Shown in pieces: positions 34,133-46,838 of a stretch of DNA of 64,000 bases. The notes below the pieces were generated by a model. It was not told where the DNA came from and searched no databases. It saw only the letters and a program-made list of their open reading frames with translations. Made by a program: the position numbers and the translations under genes. Numbering within the stretch: the first letter of the stretch is position 1; each line of letters opens with the position of its first letter. Where the stretch lies: positions 2,516,282 through 2,580,281 of the forward strand of contig MU054400.1 in NCBI GenBank assembly GCA_013239625.1, written 5' to 3'. This DNA comes from Lama guanicoe (Eukaryota).

Positions 34133-36011
34133 GATTGGATTTCTGATCTAGAATCACAAGTTGCTTGTTTTTTGAATTACTCTTACTGTCTTGGTCGATT
34201 TACGGAGCAATTGTCCTGCCCATTTGTGGAGAAATGCACCTCTGTAGATCGATTGGCCCCCCTGACTGGACCTCAGCATTTTGGTGGTTCAGTTGAAGGA
34301 TGGCATTTTGAAACGTGTCTGAGTCTCCTCTCTTTCTTCTTTAAAAAGAGTGTCATGTTGGTCTGGGTTATTTATTCATGTATTTATTTTTCAATAGGAG
34401 ACTTTAGGGGGTTGGGATGGGATAGCAGAGGCAACACAGGGCAGAGAATTTTATGTGTTGGGGAGAATATCCTAGGTTTCATTGAGCCTCTGGATGACTG
34501 ATACTAAGATAGGGAGGAACTGTAAAATCTAGGAAAAAAACTAAAATCTCTAGAAGAAATATCTCCTGACTTTTTGATTCATGTCAAGAACTTACAAGCA
34601 TTTTTCTTAGACAACTTCCACTTGTGTTGCATGCCCACCTAATTCAGTTTTTATCTATAAAAACTGATCTTAAAACCTTTTGCCTCTTTATGTAAGAAAC
34701 CTGAAGATATCTGAAGAAAGTTTTTTTTTGCAGTTTCTGATTTTATATAGTTAGTTGATCAGTTAGCCTTTCTAGTAAAAATGGTCCCTAACGTAATTTT
34801 TTTTCTTTCCTAAAAAAAAAAAAGCTGCTTTCTAATCAGGGAGGCAGCAGCAGGTTTATGTTGGAGGCCTTTTTATTCTGGTTGCTGTTTGGGAGATTTA
34901 CTGTTCTTGGAATAAGCACATTTATTCAATGAGGGAATAAAATCAACATTATTAATTATTTTAAGACAGAAAACATCTTGAATCATGAAGCCTTTAATTC
35001 ATAGGTCTTAATCTTTCTCCTTGTTTCCAACGGCTGATTGCTCATGCTGCAGAATTATGCCTCTGTGCCCTTGGAATGCTCTGCAATTAATTAATAATTT
35101 ATGCTGGGTGAAGTGATATGCAGACCAGGGATGAGCATCCTTCCCACACCGGGACTGCTTTGGCTGCTTAAATCGTCAGGGAGATTCCCCTGGTGGGAGA
35201 GCTCTGTGGAGAGAGTGGCCCAGAGGCTGAAGGGCGAAGCTTAAAGTGATGGACACACATGGGCGGCTTCCTTCCTCTCTCAGCTGTCGCTGGGACCAGG
35301 TCTCTCTCTCCCAAGTGGGTCAGATAGTATTCTGCAGACTCTGACCATCCTTCTTCGGACTGTGTAGATTCTGAAACATTTCATGAGTTGAATCTTTGGG
35401 AAAAGGCCTTTATTCGGGCATGGGGATGTTGGCATGCAGTTGAGGAAGAGATTTTCAACACATGAGCTGTCCTGATGAGCTTTCCTTCTGATTCTTGGGC
35501 CACTTCCATTTTAGTTTCAGTAAATGAGGAATTTAAAAAATGAGTTATGTGCTATTTGCTGAAGGTTGTGATTCTGGCAAATGCTAAATAGAAAAAAAAA
35601 TTTTTTTTTGTTTTCCTTCTCTGCCTTCCCCTACCCTTCTTCTTATTATTTGGACAGTATTCTCAAGCTGTTTGCCAAAACCAGTGGCACAACTGCCTTC
35701 TTCAGATGGGCACCTGGCAGACTGGCCCAGACTCCACAGCTGATGACCAGCCCTGTGTTGAGTCTTCTCTCTGGAAACACCAGCCTCTCAGACATAAGGG
35801 CTTGAATCTCCACGTGACCTAGTCACTGAGCCTAAATCTCACAAGTGGAGGGTGATCTCTTTTAAATACAAACATGGTTTCATTGCTTTATTGAGAATTA
35901 TAATGTTTATTTAAAATTCTATGCAATACAATGAATAACCAAAGAAAAAAAAAAGAAGAAAAAAACCCCAAATGCCAACACCCCCCACCCCCAAATACCA
36001 CCATCTGTGTG

Positions 36012-36217
36012 CAGGGATTACCAAACTTTCTGTAAATGTTTAGACAGTAAATATTTTCACCTTTGGAAGCCCAGTGGTCTCTGTTATTACAACTGAATTC
36101 TGCCCTGGTAGCAGGAAAGCAGCCATGACAACATGTAAATGAACAGGCGTGGCCGTGTTCCAATAAAACTTTATTTAGGGCCAGATTTGGCTTGCAGGCT
36201 GCAGTTTGCTAACCCCT
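36012..36217. mobile_element. MER58A
   Basis: caaactttctgtaaa...ggcgtggccgtgttccaataaaactttattta...cagtttgctaacccct. Confidence 0.85.
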
Positions 36218-37535
36218 AATCTAGAGTAACCCTAATTTATATTAGGTATGCATCACTTCCCAAATCTTTTTTTTTCTTCTCACGTGTGTCTCCAAATATA
36301 TCCATAGAGGAAAAAGGGGAGAGCTAATTTGATATAAATGAAAACACTTTCATAAAAATGCAAGCTATAGTTAAAACATGTTCAGTTCAGTTTTACTTGA
36401 ATTTAACAGAAGAAATGAATGGAAGTTGCAGGAACTGCTGAGCGGTGGACACACGTTTCTTCACCGCACATGATAAGAGTTTCTAAAATAGTGCCTTGGA
36501 AATTCAGGGGGAAAAGATGAGGAAAAAGTTGGGGTTCCTTTTGCTATTTTAAATTCTGGTTTTCAATTTTGGGTGGAGCAGCTGACTCCCCGCTGTGACC
36601 CTAGAGGCAACGTGCATTCTTCCCTCTCCTGCCTCCTCTGAGTTCTCATCTCTCGTCTGATTGTCCTCATACTCACTTGTCAAGACTCATAACTTACATC
36701 CTATTCTGCAGCCACAATTGCCACGGACCTTTGGTCTTCAATGCTTAAATGCTAATTCTTACTGCTAATTTTTTTTAAAATCAACGTTTCTCTATTTCTG
36801 TGTCCTTAAAAATGTTTTTTTTTTAATTTCTTCTCTTATTGAGTTGGATTTATTTCCTTATAATATTCTCCAGGCAGAATTGACAGGGATTTCATTCCCC
36901 CATTCACCCCTTAGCATCATACTCGAATTGTCTAATCACAAAGTTGCGCTTTCTAGCCATTGTATAATTTTAAAATCACACCTTCTCTGCTGCTCTTTTG
37001 TCTGATTGTATTTTGTGGTCAAGAATCCCACTTTCTCCTCCCCCTAGTGCTGTGTGGCTGCTGCATTTCTTCTGTTCTTTCCTGTTGGAAAACGTGTATC
37101 TCTGTATTGATGCTAGAAGATGACTTGGCTGTGTCTGTCACACCTGGGGTAATCTCTCTTGGCCGGAGAACACTGTAGGCATTGCTTCTTGGCTTCTGGC
37201 GTTGGCTATTGTTTTTTGGAAGCCTGAGCATAGCTGCGTTCTCATCCCTTAGGGTATCTCCCTCTCCATGCCTGAAGGAAATCTTCTTTATTGTTGGAAT
37301 TAATATCTTCTTGAGAACAAGTCGCAGTATTAATCATTTCTATCAGTTCTGTGCCCTCTTGTGCTTCGGGGTTAGTTCTTCCTTCGTGTCATGAAAATTT
37401 TCTTCTGTTTTGTTTTTTACTATCACCTCTGTCCCATTTATTGAGTTCTTTATCTTATGGACACCAGTTATTGTCTTCGCTCCCATCTATCCTCTCAATT
37501 GCTTTTATACCTTTGCTTTCATTTGCTATTGAAGG

Positions 37536-38471
37536 TGTCATTGAAAAATATTGCCTGCTATATCAGTAAACAAAGGATGTTGCAGCCATCAAGCCATCAC
37601 ATCGCAGCAGCCACCCAGCACGGTGAGCCCTGAGGGGACTCAGGACAGGAACAAGATGCCTGCTATCAAGCCCTCAGCCACTGCAGCCACCCCCAGTGAT
37701 GCCCCCTGAGGGGACTCAGGATGGGCAGCACAGGGTCCTGGCCCTAGGTAGCTAAGGTGCAGATCAAAGGAATGATTTGAATGAGCCGGGACCCTGCATC
37801 TTCCCAAGTTACAGAAACGACAGGCCAGCCAAGAAACAAGCACCACTCGGAGGGTTGGAGTACTCAGATGTATTATGCCGGCGGGCTCAGAGGGGCTTCT
37901 GCTCTGAAGCTCTGAGCACCTCCAAGACATGCGCATGAGGTTTTATAGGTAAAGTACAAGCTTGGGGTATTTGGCCAATAGAAATGGAACAGCTTTAGCA
38001 GCATCATTATCACAAAAGTGGAGGCAGGGAGGCAGCAAACCAACATTCCAAAGCCAGATATATATCTTTGAAAATCCAGCTGGCTAGCAAAAAAACATGA
38101 ACAGCAAACCAACACTAATTAACTTAGATTTACAAGTTAGTCCAGCAGAACTCAGATCAGTATTCCGATACTTAGACTTGTGAGTTATCTTGTTAGACCA
38201 GCCCGGCTTTTCCTTCACACCCATACATAGAAAAGTGCTAAATTCCTTAACTTGAGATATCTGGTTTTTTTTTAATTAACAATAATCTTTTGATGTTCCA
38301 ACTACTTGGTCTTTGCTGCAAAAACTCCCATATATCCTGACTCTTCCCTTACCTCTTTGGAGCAGTCCGATATTCCTACCCGAGGGGCTGTCTCCTAGGC
38401 TTGAAGCCTTCAGAAAATCCACCGAATAAAACATAATTTTCACTTTTAGGTTGTGCTTTTTCCAGTTGACA
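37536..38471 (+). mobile_element. ERV1 solo LTR B nested in LTR A
   Basis: tgtca...ttgaca ends, perfect TSD aagg (37532-37535 / 38472-38475), aataaa ~38425; related copy at 39577-40023. Confidence 0.9.
37807..38219 (-). mobile_element. Solo LTR C nested in LTR B
   Basis: TSD ccca (37803-37806 / 38220-38223); minus strand starts tgtgaagg and has TATA cctataaaa; absent from the LTR B relative at 39.8 kb. Confidence 0.85.
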
Positions 38472-39576
38472 AAGGAAACCAGAATACATCACCCCCAAGT
38501 CTGCCTCTTTGACATAAAAATTATTTTGAGCCAAAAGCAATTGAGAAGTGGTAAATGCAGAAAAGGCTCCTCCTTTTCTGCCTAGAGGCAGGAATTAAAT
38601 TCTCCTTTGATGAGAGACAGACACTTATCAGCCCAGAGACCAACCATGAGAATCTGCAAACAAATGCTGTTACACTAACATTTATTTTCCCAGTTAAGGA
38701 AGAGAAGGACTAACTAGCCCCATTTGGACTATCCCCAGCTTGATTCCCTTGGTCTTGTGAATTCCTCACGAATTTATTGTTTCTTTGTCTAGAAGGTAAA
38801 AAAGCTCTGGTCATTTCTTTGGGCCTTTATTCTCTTGTGAAATCCCCCATGTACATGTGAAAATTCAATAAAATTTATATTCTTTTCTCTTGTTAATCTC
38901 TTTGTCAGTTTAATTTTCTGACCCAGCCAGAGACCTAAGAGGGTCAAGAAAAACAAAACGTTCTGCCCTCCTACACTACGATTAGCCCAAGCCTTCATTC
39001 TGCGTCAGTAATTTGTTGATCTATTCCAGTAATTCCGTCAGTCACTGTATCTGCTTATTATTTCTATGATAATGCTGTTTTAATCCCTGTTTTGTTTCCT
39101 TAGTTTCACAATCTCTCTTTCATTTCAATTCCATGACTTCTTCATTTTGACTTTGAATTATTGCTTTATTGAATTCACGTTTTTCTTAAATTCCTTTGTA
39201 GCAGGAAGCACACCCACGGGATTTGTCTTCTCTGACTTGGGTGATATCCTCTCTCCTTCTTTCTGATCGTGTCCTGTATCTGCCTCTCTTCCTCCCTTTC
39301 CTCCTCCTTCCCTCCCTCTATCCCTCTGGCTCTTCCATTTTAGTTCTTTGTTTTCTGCTGTGCTTTCTTGGCTGCCTCGCCGTCTCTTTTTATTTTGATC
39401 CGGCTTAGCGTGCACAGCTCTGCCCACTTTCTCATCAGTGTGATGCAGTGTACACGAATTCTCCCAAACTCTTTACTTGATCTAAGACCTGTTTGTCTTT
39501 CTGACTTGCAGTCTGAAGACTGAGTATTATTTCCCATGTACTCTTGACATAACCAAGACATGTGGAATTGGAGGTG

Positions 39577-40023
39577 TGTCGACTGGGAAACAAAACAAAA
39601 CAAAAAAGACACAACCTAGAAGTTGAGAATTGTTATATTTGGTGGATCTTCTGAGGACTTAAGCCCGAAAGGCAGCCCCTCCGATAGTTCCGAGGGGCTG
39701 CTCTAAAGAGGTAAGGGAGGAGTCAGAGTATATAGGAGTTTTTGCAATAAAATCTCATAGTTGAAACATAAAAAGATTACAGTTAATTAAAGAAGACCAG
39801 GCATCTCAAGTTAAAGAATTTAGCATTTTTCTATGTATGGGACAGAAGCAAGAGTCTGGGCTTATGGAAATCATTCCTTTGATCTGCACCATAACCTAGG
39901 GCCAGGGTCCTGTGCTTCCCATCCGGAACCCCCTTGGGGTGCTCCCTTGGGGGTGGCAGTAGTGACTGATGGCTTGATGGCTGCAATACCCTTTGCTGAT
40001 ATAGGCAGCATTCTTTGTCCATA
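39577..40023 (-). mobile_element. Second LTR B-family solo LTR
   Basis: Reverse-complement homology to 37536-38471 (e.g. aaatcattcctttgatctgcacc, gaatttagcatttttctatgtatggga). Confidence 0.85.
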
Positions 40024-40409
40024 GGCTGGGGCTGTGGAGGAATGTTCTGCTGAGGTTGGAAAGCCTTTCTTGGAGCCTCTGGCTTGTCCTACACCAGGGT
40101 CCACTCGGCCTGGTCTGTTCTACTCCCAAGAAGCATGGAAACCCTAGGCTTTAGAGGTTCCCTAATTTAGCCCTGGTGATTTTCTTGCCGCTTCTGAGAT
40201 CCTGACCTCGTGTAGTGGCAGATAGCTGCTTCTCTTCTTGAGGATTTCCTCCCTGCATTTTCCTGGGCTGCCGGTACCCCTACTCAATATGCTTCTCTCC
40301 ACGTTAGTGGGTATAAGTGCACACTTGAGAATTTTGTCTACTCATCTTCATCCCTTAGGATTGTTTTTAAGAGATGGGGATTAAGTCAGGGGATTAAGTT
40401 AAGAAGGGG

Positions 40410-40805
40410 ATAATAGTTTTTTCTCGTGCAATAAACAACTGCAAAATCTCAGTGCCTTACAACAAATATTTATTTTCATACTCAGGAGTCTGCAAGTACG
40501 TCTGGTTTGTTGGATCTAGGCTGGACTTCAGGCTTCCTGTCTGCTTCAGGGATGCTTCATACCTTCACTGTGGGGACCAAGATGGAAGGGGGCTGCTACC
40601 TGTGGGATCACAGCCTAAAAAGCCAAGTGGAGTCACATGAGCACACTTAAAACCTCTGTTGTATCACGACTGCTAACATATCCTATGGCCACGTCCACAT
40701 CTAACTCCTGTGGGCGGTCAGCAACATCACATGGCAAAGGACAAGGATGGAAGAGTCTGTAAATGGGAGGAAGTAAAGAACTAGGAATCTTTTCCAATCT
40801 ACCCC
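40410..40805. mobile_element. MLT1 (MaLR) LTR
   Basis: caaaatctcagtgccttacaacaaatatttattttc...ctgctaacatatcctatggcc. Confidence 0.65.
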
Positions 40806-42158
40806 AGGGACTCCCCAAGTCTTTTGAAATCCCCCATTTCTTTCATTTGCTACCACTTTTGAAATTTAGGGCAAAAGTTATGTCACCTTTCCTTGATTAA
40901 AATTTGGTTAAAACATTTTTAATTAAAAATTATTTTATTATATTAAAAGTTTCTATTTTATTTTATTAAGAGTTAGAGGAGAACAAACCTTTGATCTAAC
41001 CTCAGTCTGACATCTTTACCCAGAAGTGCCCTTATAGTCTCTGTAGAAATTATCTAAGTTTCTTTAGCAAGTCAACTCTGGTTTTTAATTATAGTAACTT
41101 CCCTGTTACTAACCTGACTCTCTCCTGCTCTAATTGGGACTCTAGTTCTATGCTTCTCTCTGGGGACGCTCGACCCAAAATGCATCATTTTGGATTTGGC
41201 TTCCCTGTTTGGCTACACGCTTTATATTTTAAAACTAACTCTAGGCATCTGCAGGGTGTAAATAAGTTAGATTGTATTAAAAGGGGAAACGAAGTGAGAG
41301 TATTGGTTTTCAAAATTTTTTATTTAATAATGAGTCACTAGAAAGGTGATTAAAAGTTCTGTGGGCAGAATCGACCTGCCAATGCTGGTGTTCAGGCCCC
41401 AAACTGGACTTTTCCACTGGTGGAACCTCAAGATCTGGGGTCAGAGTTGTTGATGGGTCTGGCATAAAGGAGCTCGAAGTATACGTACAAGTATATTTAA
41501 TATGTAGTAAATCAAAGAAGGGTCTAGCCTGTCCACTGAGGGTCTCGAGACTCTGGTTCAAAATCTCCACTGAACAATCCTCTAGGGGCCCGTGTGGCGG
41601 ATGGTGGCACCCTGATGGAATTGGATGGTGGCTCTGGAGGCTTCATATTCAGATTTGACCCACTTCCCTGTTTTCAGACCCATAGTTCCTTGGGCCTGTA
41701 TCCAGGCTCTCCCAGGCACACATCTCCCAGGCACGCATTTCTACTGCTCTTTGGCGTCTCCCTCTCTAGGCACTTGGTATTCATCCTTTACAGCTACATT
41801 AACCCCTCATCTACTTCCCATTTACCAAAAAGATTTGTCTTGTGACTATAAAGTTAAAAAAATTCTTTGAATTCCTGAAGTTTTTTGCATTTGCACTTTT
41901 TGCAGTGGCATTTCAGAAGAGAGCAGAGGGGAATGCATTTTTTCAAGCCACCATGTTCAACCAGGCCAGCCCTTCTGTACTCCCTTGCGTAGAATGTTTT
42001 TGATCCTGTTCAGTGTTTAATCACATCATAACCATCCTTCACAGTCCATTTGAAATCTTCCTCTTCCCTCTGCTTATTTTCAGAAACTTTGATTAAGCAC
42101 CAAGCAGGTGCTAGCGAATATGTCGGGCATGGATTCACACAGATAAAAAGACGGTTCC

Positions 42159-42641
42159 TGGAATCGGGAAGAACATGTTGGACCTGCTTTCTTTTGTTTT
42201 AACCTTTGTTTTCTATGGTTTTTACTACAAGTCAGGAATATTGCCTATAGCCTGAAATATCCAGGATAGCCCATTCTAAAGGTTCTGACCTTTCAAAGTA
42301 GAACACTTTTCCATTCATACAGAGATAAAAAGTTGCAGGACAGAGAATAACGTCTGTCTTCTTGAAGCGGTTTACAGGAACATCATGACCTGATGTTCGT
42401 GGACAGCTGCAGGAACAAATGATCCCCAAACCAAGAAGTCTGCAATAACCAACCACACTCCTCCCATTTTAGTATAAAAGAAGCCTAAATTCTAACTAGG
42501 TCAAGGTTTTGGGACAGTAGTCCACTGTCTTCTCGGTCTGCTGGCTTTCTGAATACAATTGCTATTCCTTGCCCCAGCAATTCACCTCTTGATTTAGTGG
42601 CCTGTTGTGCAGTGAGCAGTATGAGCTTGGACTCCGTAACA
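42159..42641 (+). mobile_element. ERV1 solo LTR (MER41-like) inside an L2
   Basis: TG...gtaaca ends, TSD ttcc/ctcc, TATA tataaaa ~42473; antisense L2 resumes on both sides. Confidence 0.75.
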
Positions 42642-44879
42642 CTCCTACTCCATAGTTTTCTGTTTAATGGGGAGACTGTCCAGTGAATAAGCATTTCTTA
42701 GACAGTGGAGAATGGAATTAATTGAGATAAGTGTATGAGAGCATAGGAGGAGTGCCTGAGTCTGCCTGGAAGAGGCAGGAAGGCTTCCTGAAGGAGGTGG
42801 CACTTGGCTGTATCTTAAGAATGTGTTTCAGTCAGAGGCAATAGCGTGAGTTAACAACAGGACAGTGAGGGGAAGCATGAATGCTGCATTATTTGACTAG
42901 CTCAGGGTTATAGAATGTGAAAGTCATTTCCTTCCTTTGCACTCCCACTGTCATTTTAAAATTTATTACTTTGCCATTTTTATGTGTGAAACCCAAATGT
43001 TGCCAAGTCCTCTGGTCTCAGTTTCTTTAATATTCAAGCACTATCCTCCAAATACAGTGCCCAAGATTTACATATCCTGGAGGCAAAAGGGCTCTGTTTG
43101 TCTCACTGACCCTAAGGATTGACCCAGTCCCTTTCTTTTTTTTTTGTCCTGAAGCACTCTATAGAGGATTGTTGTGTGTTATGGACTTCTACTGAAGGCT
43201 TAAGAAAAACAGGTGGGGAATACAGCTCAGTCTATAAGCCCCCAAAAGTCTTTTCTTTTTCCAGGGGTCCCTGCCTGCTGCCATGTTACTGGGGGGTCAT
43301 TCTCCCTTCTTTGTTATTTCTCTCCACTTCTCTTCTTCCTCTAGTTCCAAGCATCCCCTAAATTTCCTTTTGAGCTTCTAAGGGAAACCGCCCCAATTCC
43401 TACCAACTTCTTAGGCAGCTTATTGCAGTTTTCTGAGTTGAAATTCATTATTTCTGCCTGTGAATTCCTGTAGGATTGTCTCCCTCAATTAAGAGAATGT
43501 CACCTACCACCTTTTAGCTCTGACCCTGCCAGTCTTCCCATCAGATATCAGCCCCCTGAGTTTGGGGACCTTGACTCATTCATGTTTGTATAATAAAGTA
43601 TAATGTTTCACTCATAGTAATTATTTGAATAAATCATTCTACACGCATTGCCAAAAGCCCAGGGCTTTGCAAACACGAGATCACATTTATCCCTGCGTGG
43701 CGGTTTCTTCAGTCTCATGCAAGACCGTTTGATTCTTCAGCTGTTTTCAATTGAGATTCTCCCAGCTGGTGATGAATGAGGGAGGTAAACATAGCACGAG
43801 ACCCGAGACCTAGCCCTCTGCAGGGCAGCATCAGTTGGAATCCTGTGCATAGCCACAGGATGCAGAGTCAGGATCTCCCCTCCCCACCCACGGTCCTTTC
43901 TTCAGGAGACTGAAAGGTTATAGAACCTTCACCTCTGCTCTGTTTCTCTATGATATTTTGTCCTCACCAATGACCTAAGGAACTTAAAAAATTTTCCCTC
44001 ATTGTTCGTATCAATGAATCACAGTCACCAAGATTCAGTTTGATCAGTTCTACAAAGAATCTTTAGCCAACTGGAGATGGCCAGTGGTTCTCCCCGTGAA
44101 GGACACCAGTGACTGTTTCTGGTTGTAAGTCCTGAAAAGTTACATGTCGTGTGGAGTGGCCTCTTTGTAATATTTCTTATTGGTGAGTTTTCACATCAAT
44201 AGCCACTCATCCAAATGGCATAGTAACAATGATTATTTGTAGAATTCTTCCATTGGAAATAAGCTAAGTTTTATGTTGTCCTTTCTCTTCCAATTAGCAA
44301 CCCTATACGAATTTTGAAGAAAAGGACTTTCTTAGAAATCAAAAAATAGCTGTTTGACAAATACTTGAATTTCAAGCAATTTGAGATTTCTGGATTATTT
44401 TTTCTCTTCCCTATAGGATATATGGTAACTTCTGAGTAGGGCTTTAGATTTCAAAAATCTTAAGTTTTTTTCCCTTCAAAGGGGAGAAAATTCAGACACA
44501 TATTATATAAATTTCCGAGAGCCAGTTGGAGACATACTTGGCAACTGGTCATTCTCGTGGGCAGTAGCCCCACACGTCTGACCTGGTCCTAGGCTGACAT
44601 CTAGCAGAAGGCCCTTGGAGTCCTGAGTAGTTTTGTTGCAAATGTAGGAATGTAGGGTGAGGTTCCAGAAGCACCAGCTCAGCGCTGGTGTAGTCAGACC
44701 CGTCCCAGCCTGTCCTGAAGCTGTGCCTGAGTTTCCCACTCTTCTTTGGATCGAGGAAGCTGGTTTGGATTCCCTGATGTGCTCAGCTTTGGAGGGAGAC
44801 AACAGGGCTTGGCTGAAATGCCACCCTTTCTAAACTGAGTGACACAAGTCTTCTTTGTGTTGGCTTACGATCAAGTGAC

Positions 44880-45331
44880 AGGGCAATTTGTTCTAATTGG
44901 AACTATTAAAAAGATGTTAAGGCAGACTTAGCTCAGGGACCATTGCAATGGGATTCCATAGTTGGGGATAGAGATTGGCCTCAACTCTGAGTATATTCTG
45001 GGCAAGTGGGAATTCATAGCTGAGGAGTGGGGTGGGGGTCAGTGCATGGAAAATTACTAAGAGGAAACATTAGGGGGAAGGGGAATTCTAGCTATACTGA
45101 CCTAACAGAATTATTTGCTGAAGACTGGCCAGGGTGGGCAGACGTCACCTGGAGAGTGGTGGAGGGAACCTGATCAGATATATGGTGATCAGTTATTCAG
45201 GGCGGGGGATTCTGGGTAAACTGTTTAGCAGAGTTCTTGCTAAAACTAGATTTTATAAGAAAGTGCACAATGAGCCTAGGAGAAGGTTCAGGAGCCTGAC
45301 TAAAGCTTGGTCAAGTGGAGATTCTTTTTCA
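44880..45331 (-). mobile_element. MER31/MER67-group LTR
   Basis: Minus strand cttgaccaagctttagtcaggctcctgaaccttctcctaggc...gtttcctcttagtaattttccat. Confidence 0.8.
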
Positions 45332-45510
45332 GAAGCTGGCTTGAAAGTTATAGCAATCTTCACACAACTTAAAGTTCCCCCTCCATGAAATATGAGCATG
45401 AAACATTTACTGTGGAATAGCTGTGAGATCCCACTTCTAAGACGAGTGGCTCGTGAGTCCTTTGTTTTGAGAAAATTAGCAGTAGCAGGAAGAGGGACTG
45501 CAGAAAGTTA

Positions 45511-45962
45511 TGTTTATTAGTCAGGGCTTTCCAGAGAAAGAGAACCCGCTCTCTGTTTCTCTTTCTCTTTCTTGGTCTCTGTCTCTTTCTAGATCTCTCT
45601 GTTGCTGTCTCTGTCTTTCTCCTTCTCAAATTTATTTTAAGGAATTGGCTCACACAGATGTGGAGTGGGGCTGGTAAGACCGAAATCTGAGATCACAGTG
45701 CAGGCTGGCAGCTTGGAAAATCAGGCAGGAGCTGATGGTAATGTCTTCTTTGGGAAGCCTTTGTTTTCACTCTGAAGGCCTTCAACTGATTGGGTGAGGC
45801 CCACTCACATTTTTGTGGGTGATCTTTTTTGTTTCCATCAACTGATTATAGATGTTAATCACATCTATAAAATAACCTGCAAAGCAACACCTAGATTAGT
45901 GTTCAAACGAATAACTGGATGCCATAATCCAGCCACACTGACACATAAAACTAACCATCACA
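45511..45962. mobile_element. MLT2 (ERVL) LTR with CT-rich insert
   Basis: tattagtcagggctttccagagaaa...aaggaattggctcac...gacacataaaactaaccatcaca. Confidence 0.85.
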
Positions 45963-46290
45963 GGAAGTAAAATGAGAGATTCTGCAGTGAGACTGAAGGA
46001 AACTGAGGGAAAGGAGAGCTAGATCTCATACCATGGTTTGGCAAGGAGGCAGAAGGGGAAGTGAGTACGCTGACATCAGGGCCATGATTCTGGGATGCAA
46101 AAGTCAATTCAGGTATTACAAGATGTTTTCTACTGAAGACAAATCCCTGCCGCTGGGGGACCAGGGCAGGTAGTCATCTGGGTGGAGTTGAGGAGGTGGG
46201 GGGTGGCCTGAGCTCTGAGTTGTAAAATCTGAATGGTTGAAAGGCATTTCACTGGAAAACTGAAGACAGGAAAAGCCATCTCTTAGCTTG

Positions 46291-46838
46291 TATTGCAGGA
46301 GAATGGGGTGGGGGGGTGCAAGAGGGTGGTCATGTCCGAAGTATCGGGCAAGTCCATGGGATGGGCTGCCAAGTGAGGGTCCTTGGTTTCGTGCAGGAAA
46401 GAATTCAAGATTGAGCCATAGTAAAGTGAAAGCAAGTTTATTTAGAGAGATACACATTCCACAGAGAGAATACAGTCCATCTCAGAGAGAAGAGTGGCCC
46501 TGGGGTGCAGGGTCATTAGTTTTTATGGGCTGATTAACTTCATATGTCAACAAGTGGGAAGATTATTCCAACTGTTTTGGGAAAGGGGCAAGGATTTCCA
46601 GGAATTGAGCCAGCACCCACTTTTTGGCCTTTTATGGTCAGCCTCAGAACTGTCATGATGCCTGTGGCGTTTGGCATGCTAATGTATTACAGTGAGCGTA
46701 TAATGAGGCTCGGGGTCTGCTGGAAGTTGACTCTTCCACCATCCTGGGCCTAGTTGGTTCTAACCAGTTTTTGTCATATCCTCAATGGCCGTGTCATTCT
46801 TTTGATAGTTGTGCCCTGCCCCTTTCCCTCTTGTCTCA
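46291..46838 (-). mobile_element. ERV1 solo LTR
   Basis: gcaggaaagaattcaag...aagtttattt (antisense aataaa), ttttatggg (antisense TATA-like), ends tgtctca. Confidence 0.75.

Larger units (their letters stand above)
37530..38975 (+). mobile_element. ERV1 solo LTR A (MER34/39-like), interrupted after 6 bp
   Basis: tgaagg | aaaccagaatacatcacccccaagtctgcctctttgacataa ... cctcctaca; TSD ctat/ctac; aataaa ~38867; matches the 14183-14683 copy. Confidence 0.85.
36600..39200 (-). mobile_element. Highly degraded L1M (ORF1/inter-ORF region), split by nested LTRs
   Basis: T-rich antisense L1-like sequence on both sides of 37530-38975 (e.g. ttgcttcttggcttctggcgttg; ttttaatccctg...tctctctttcatt). Confidence 0.4.

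Noticed and set aside
37640..40129. Similar peptides from ORFs at 37640 (-) and 39833 (+)
   Set aside because: Translations of the two LTR B copies, not paralogous genes
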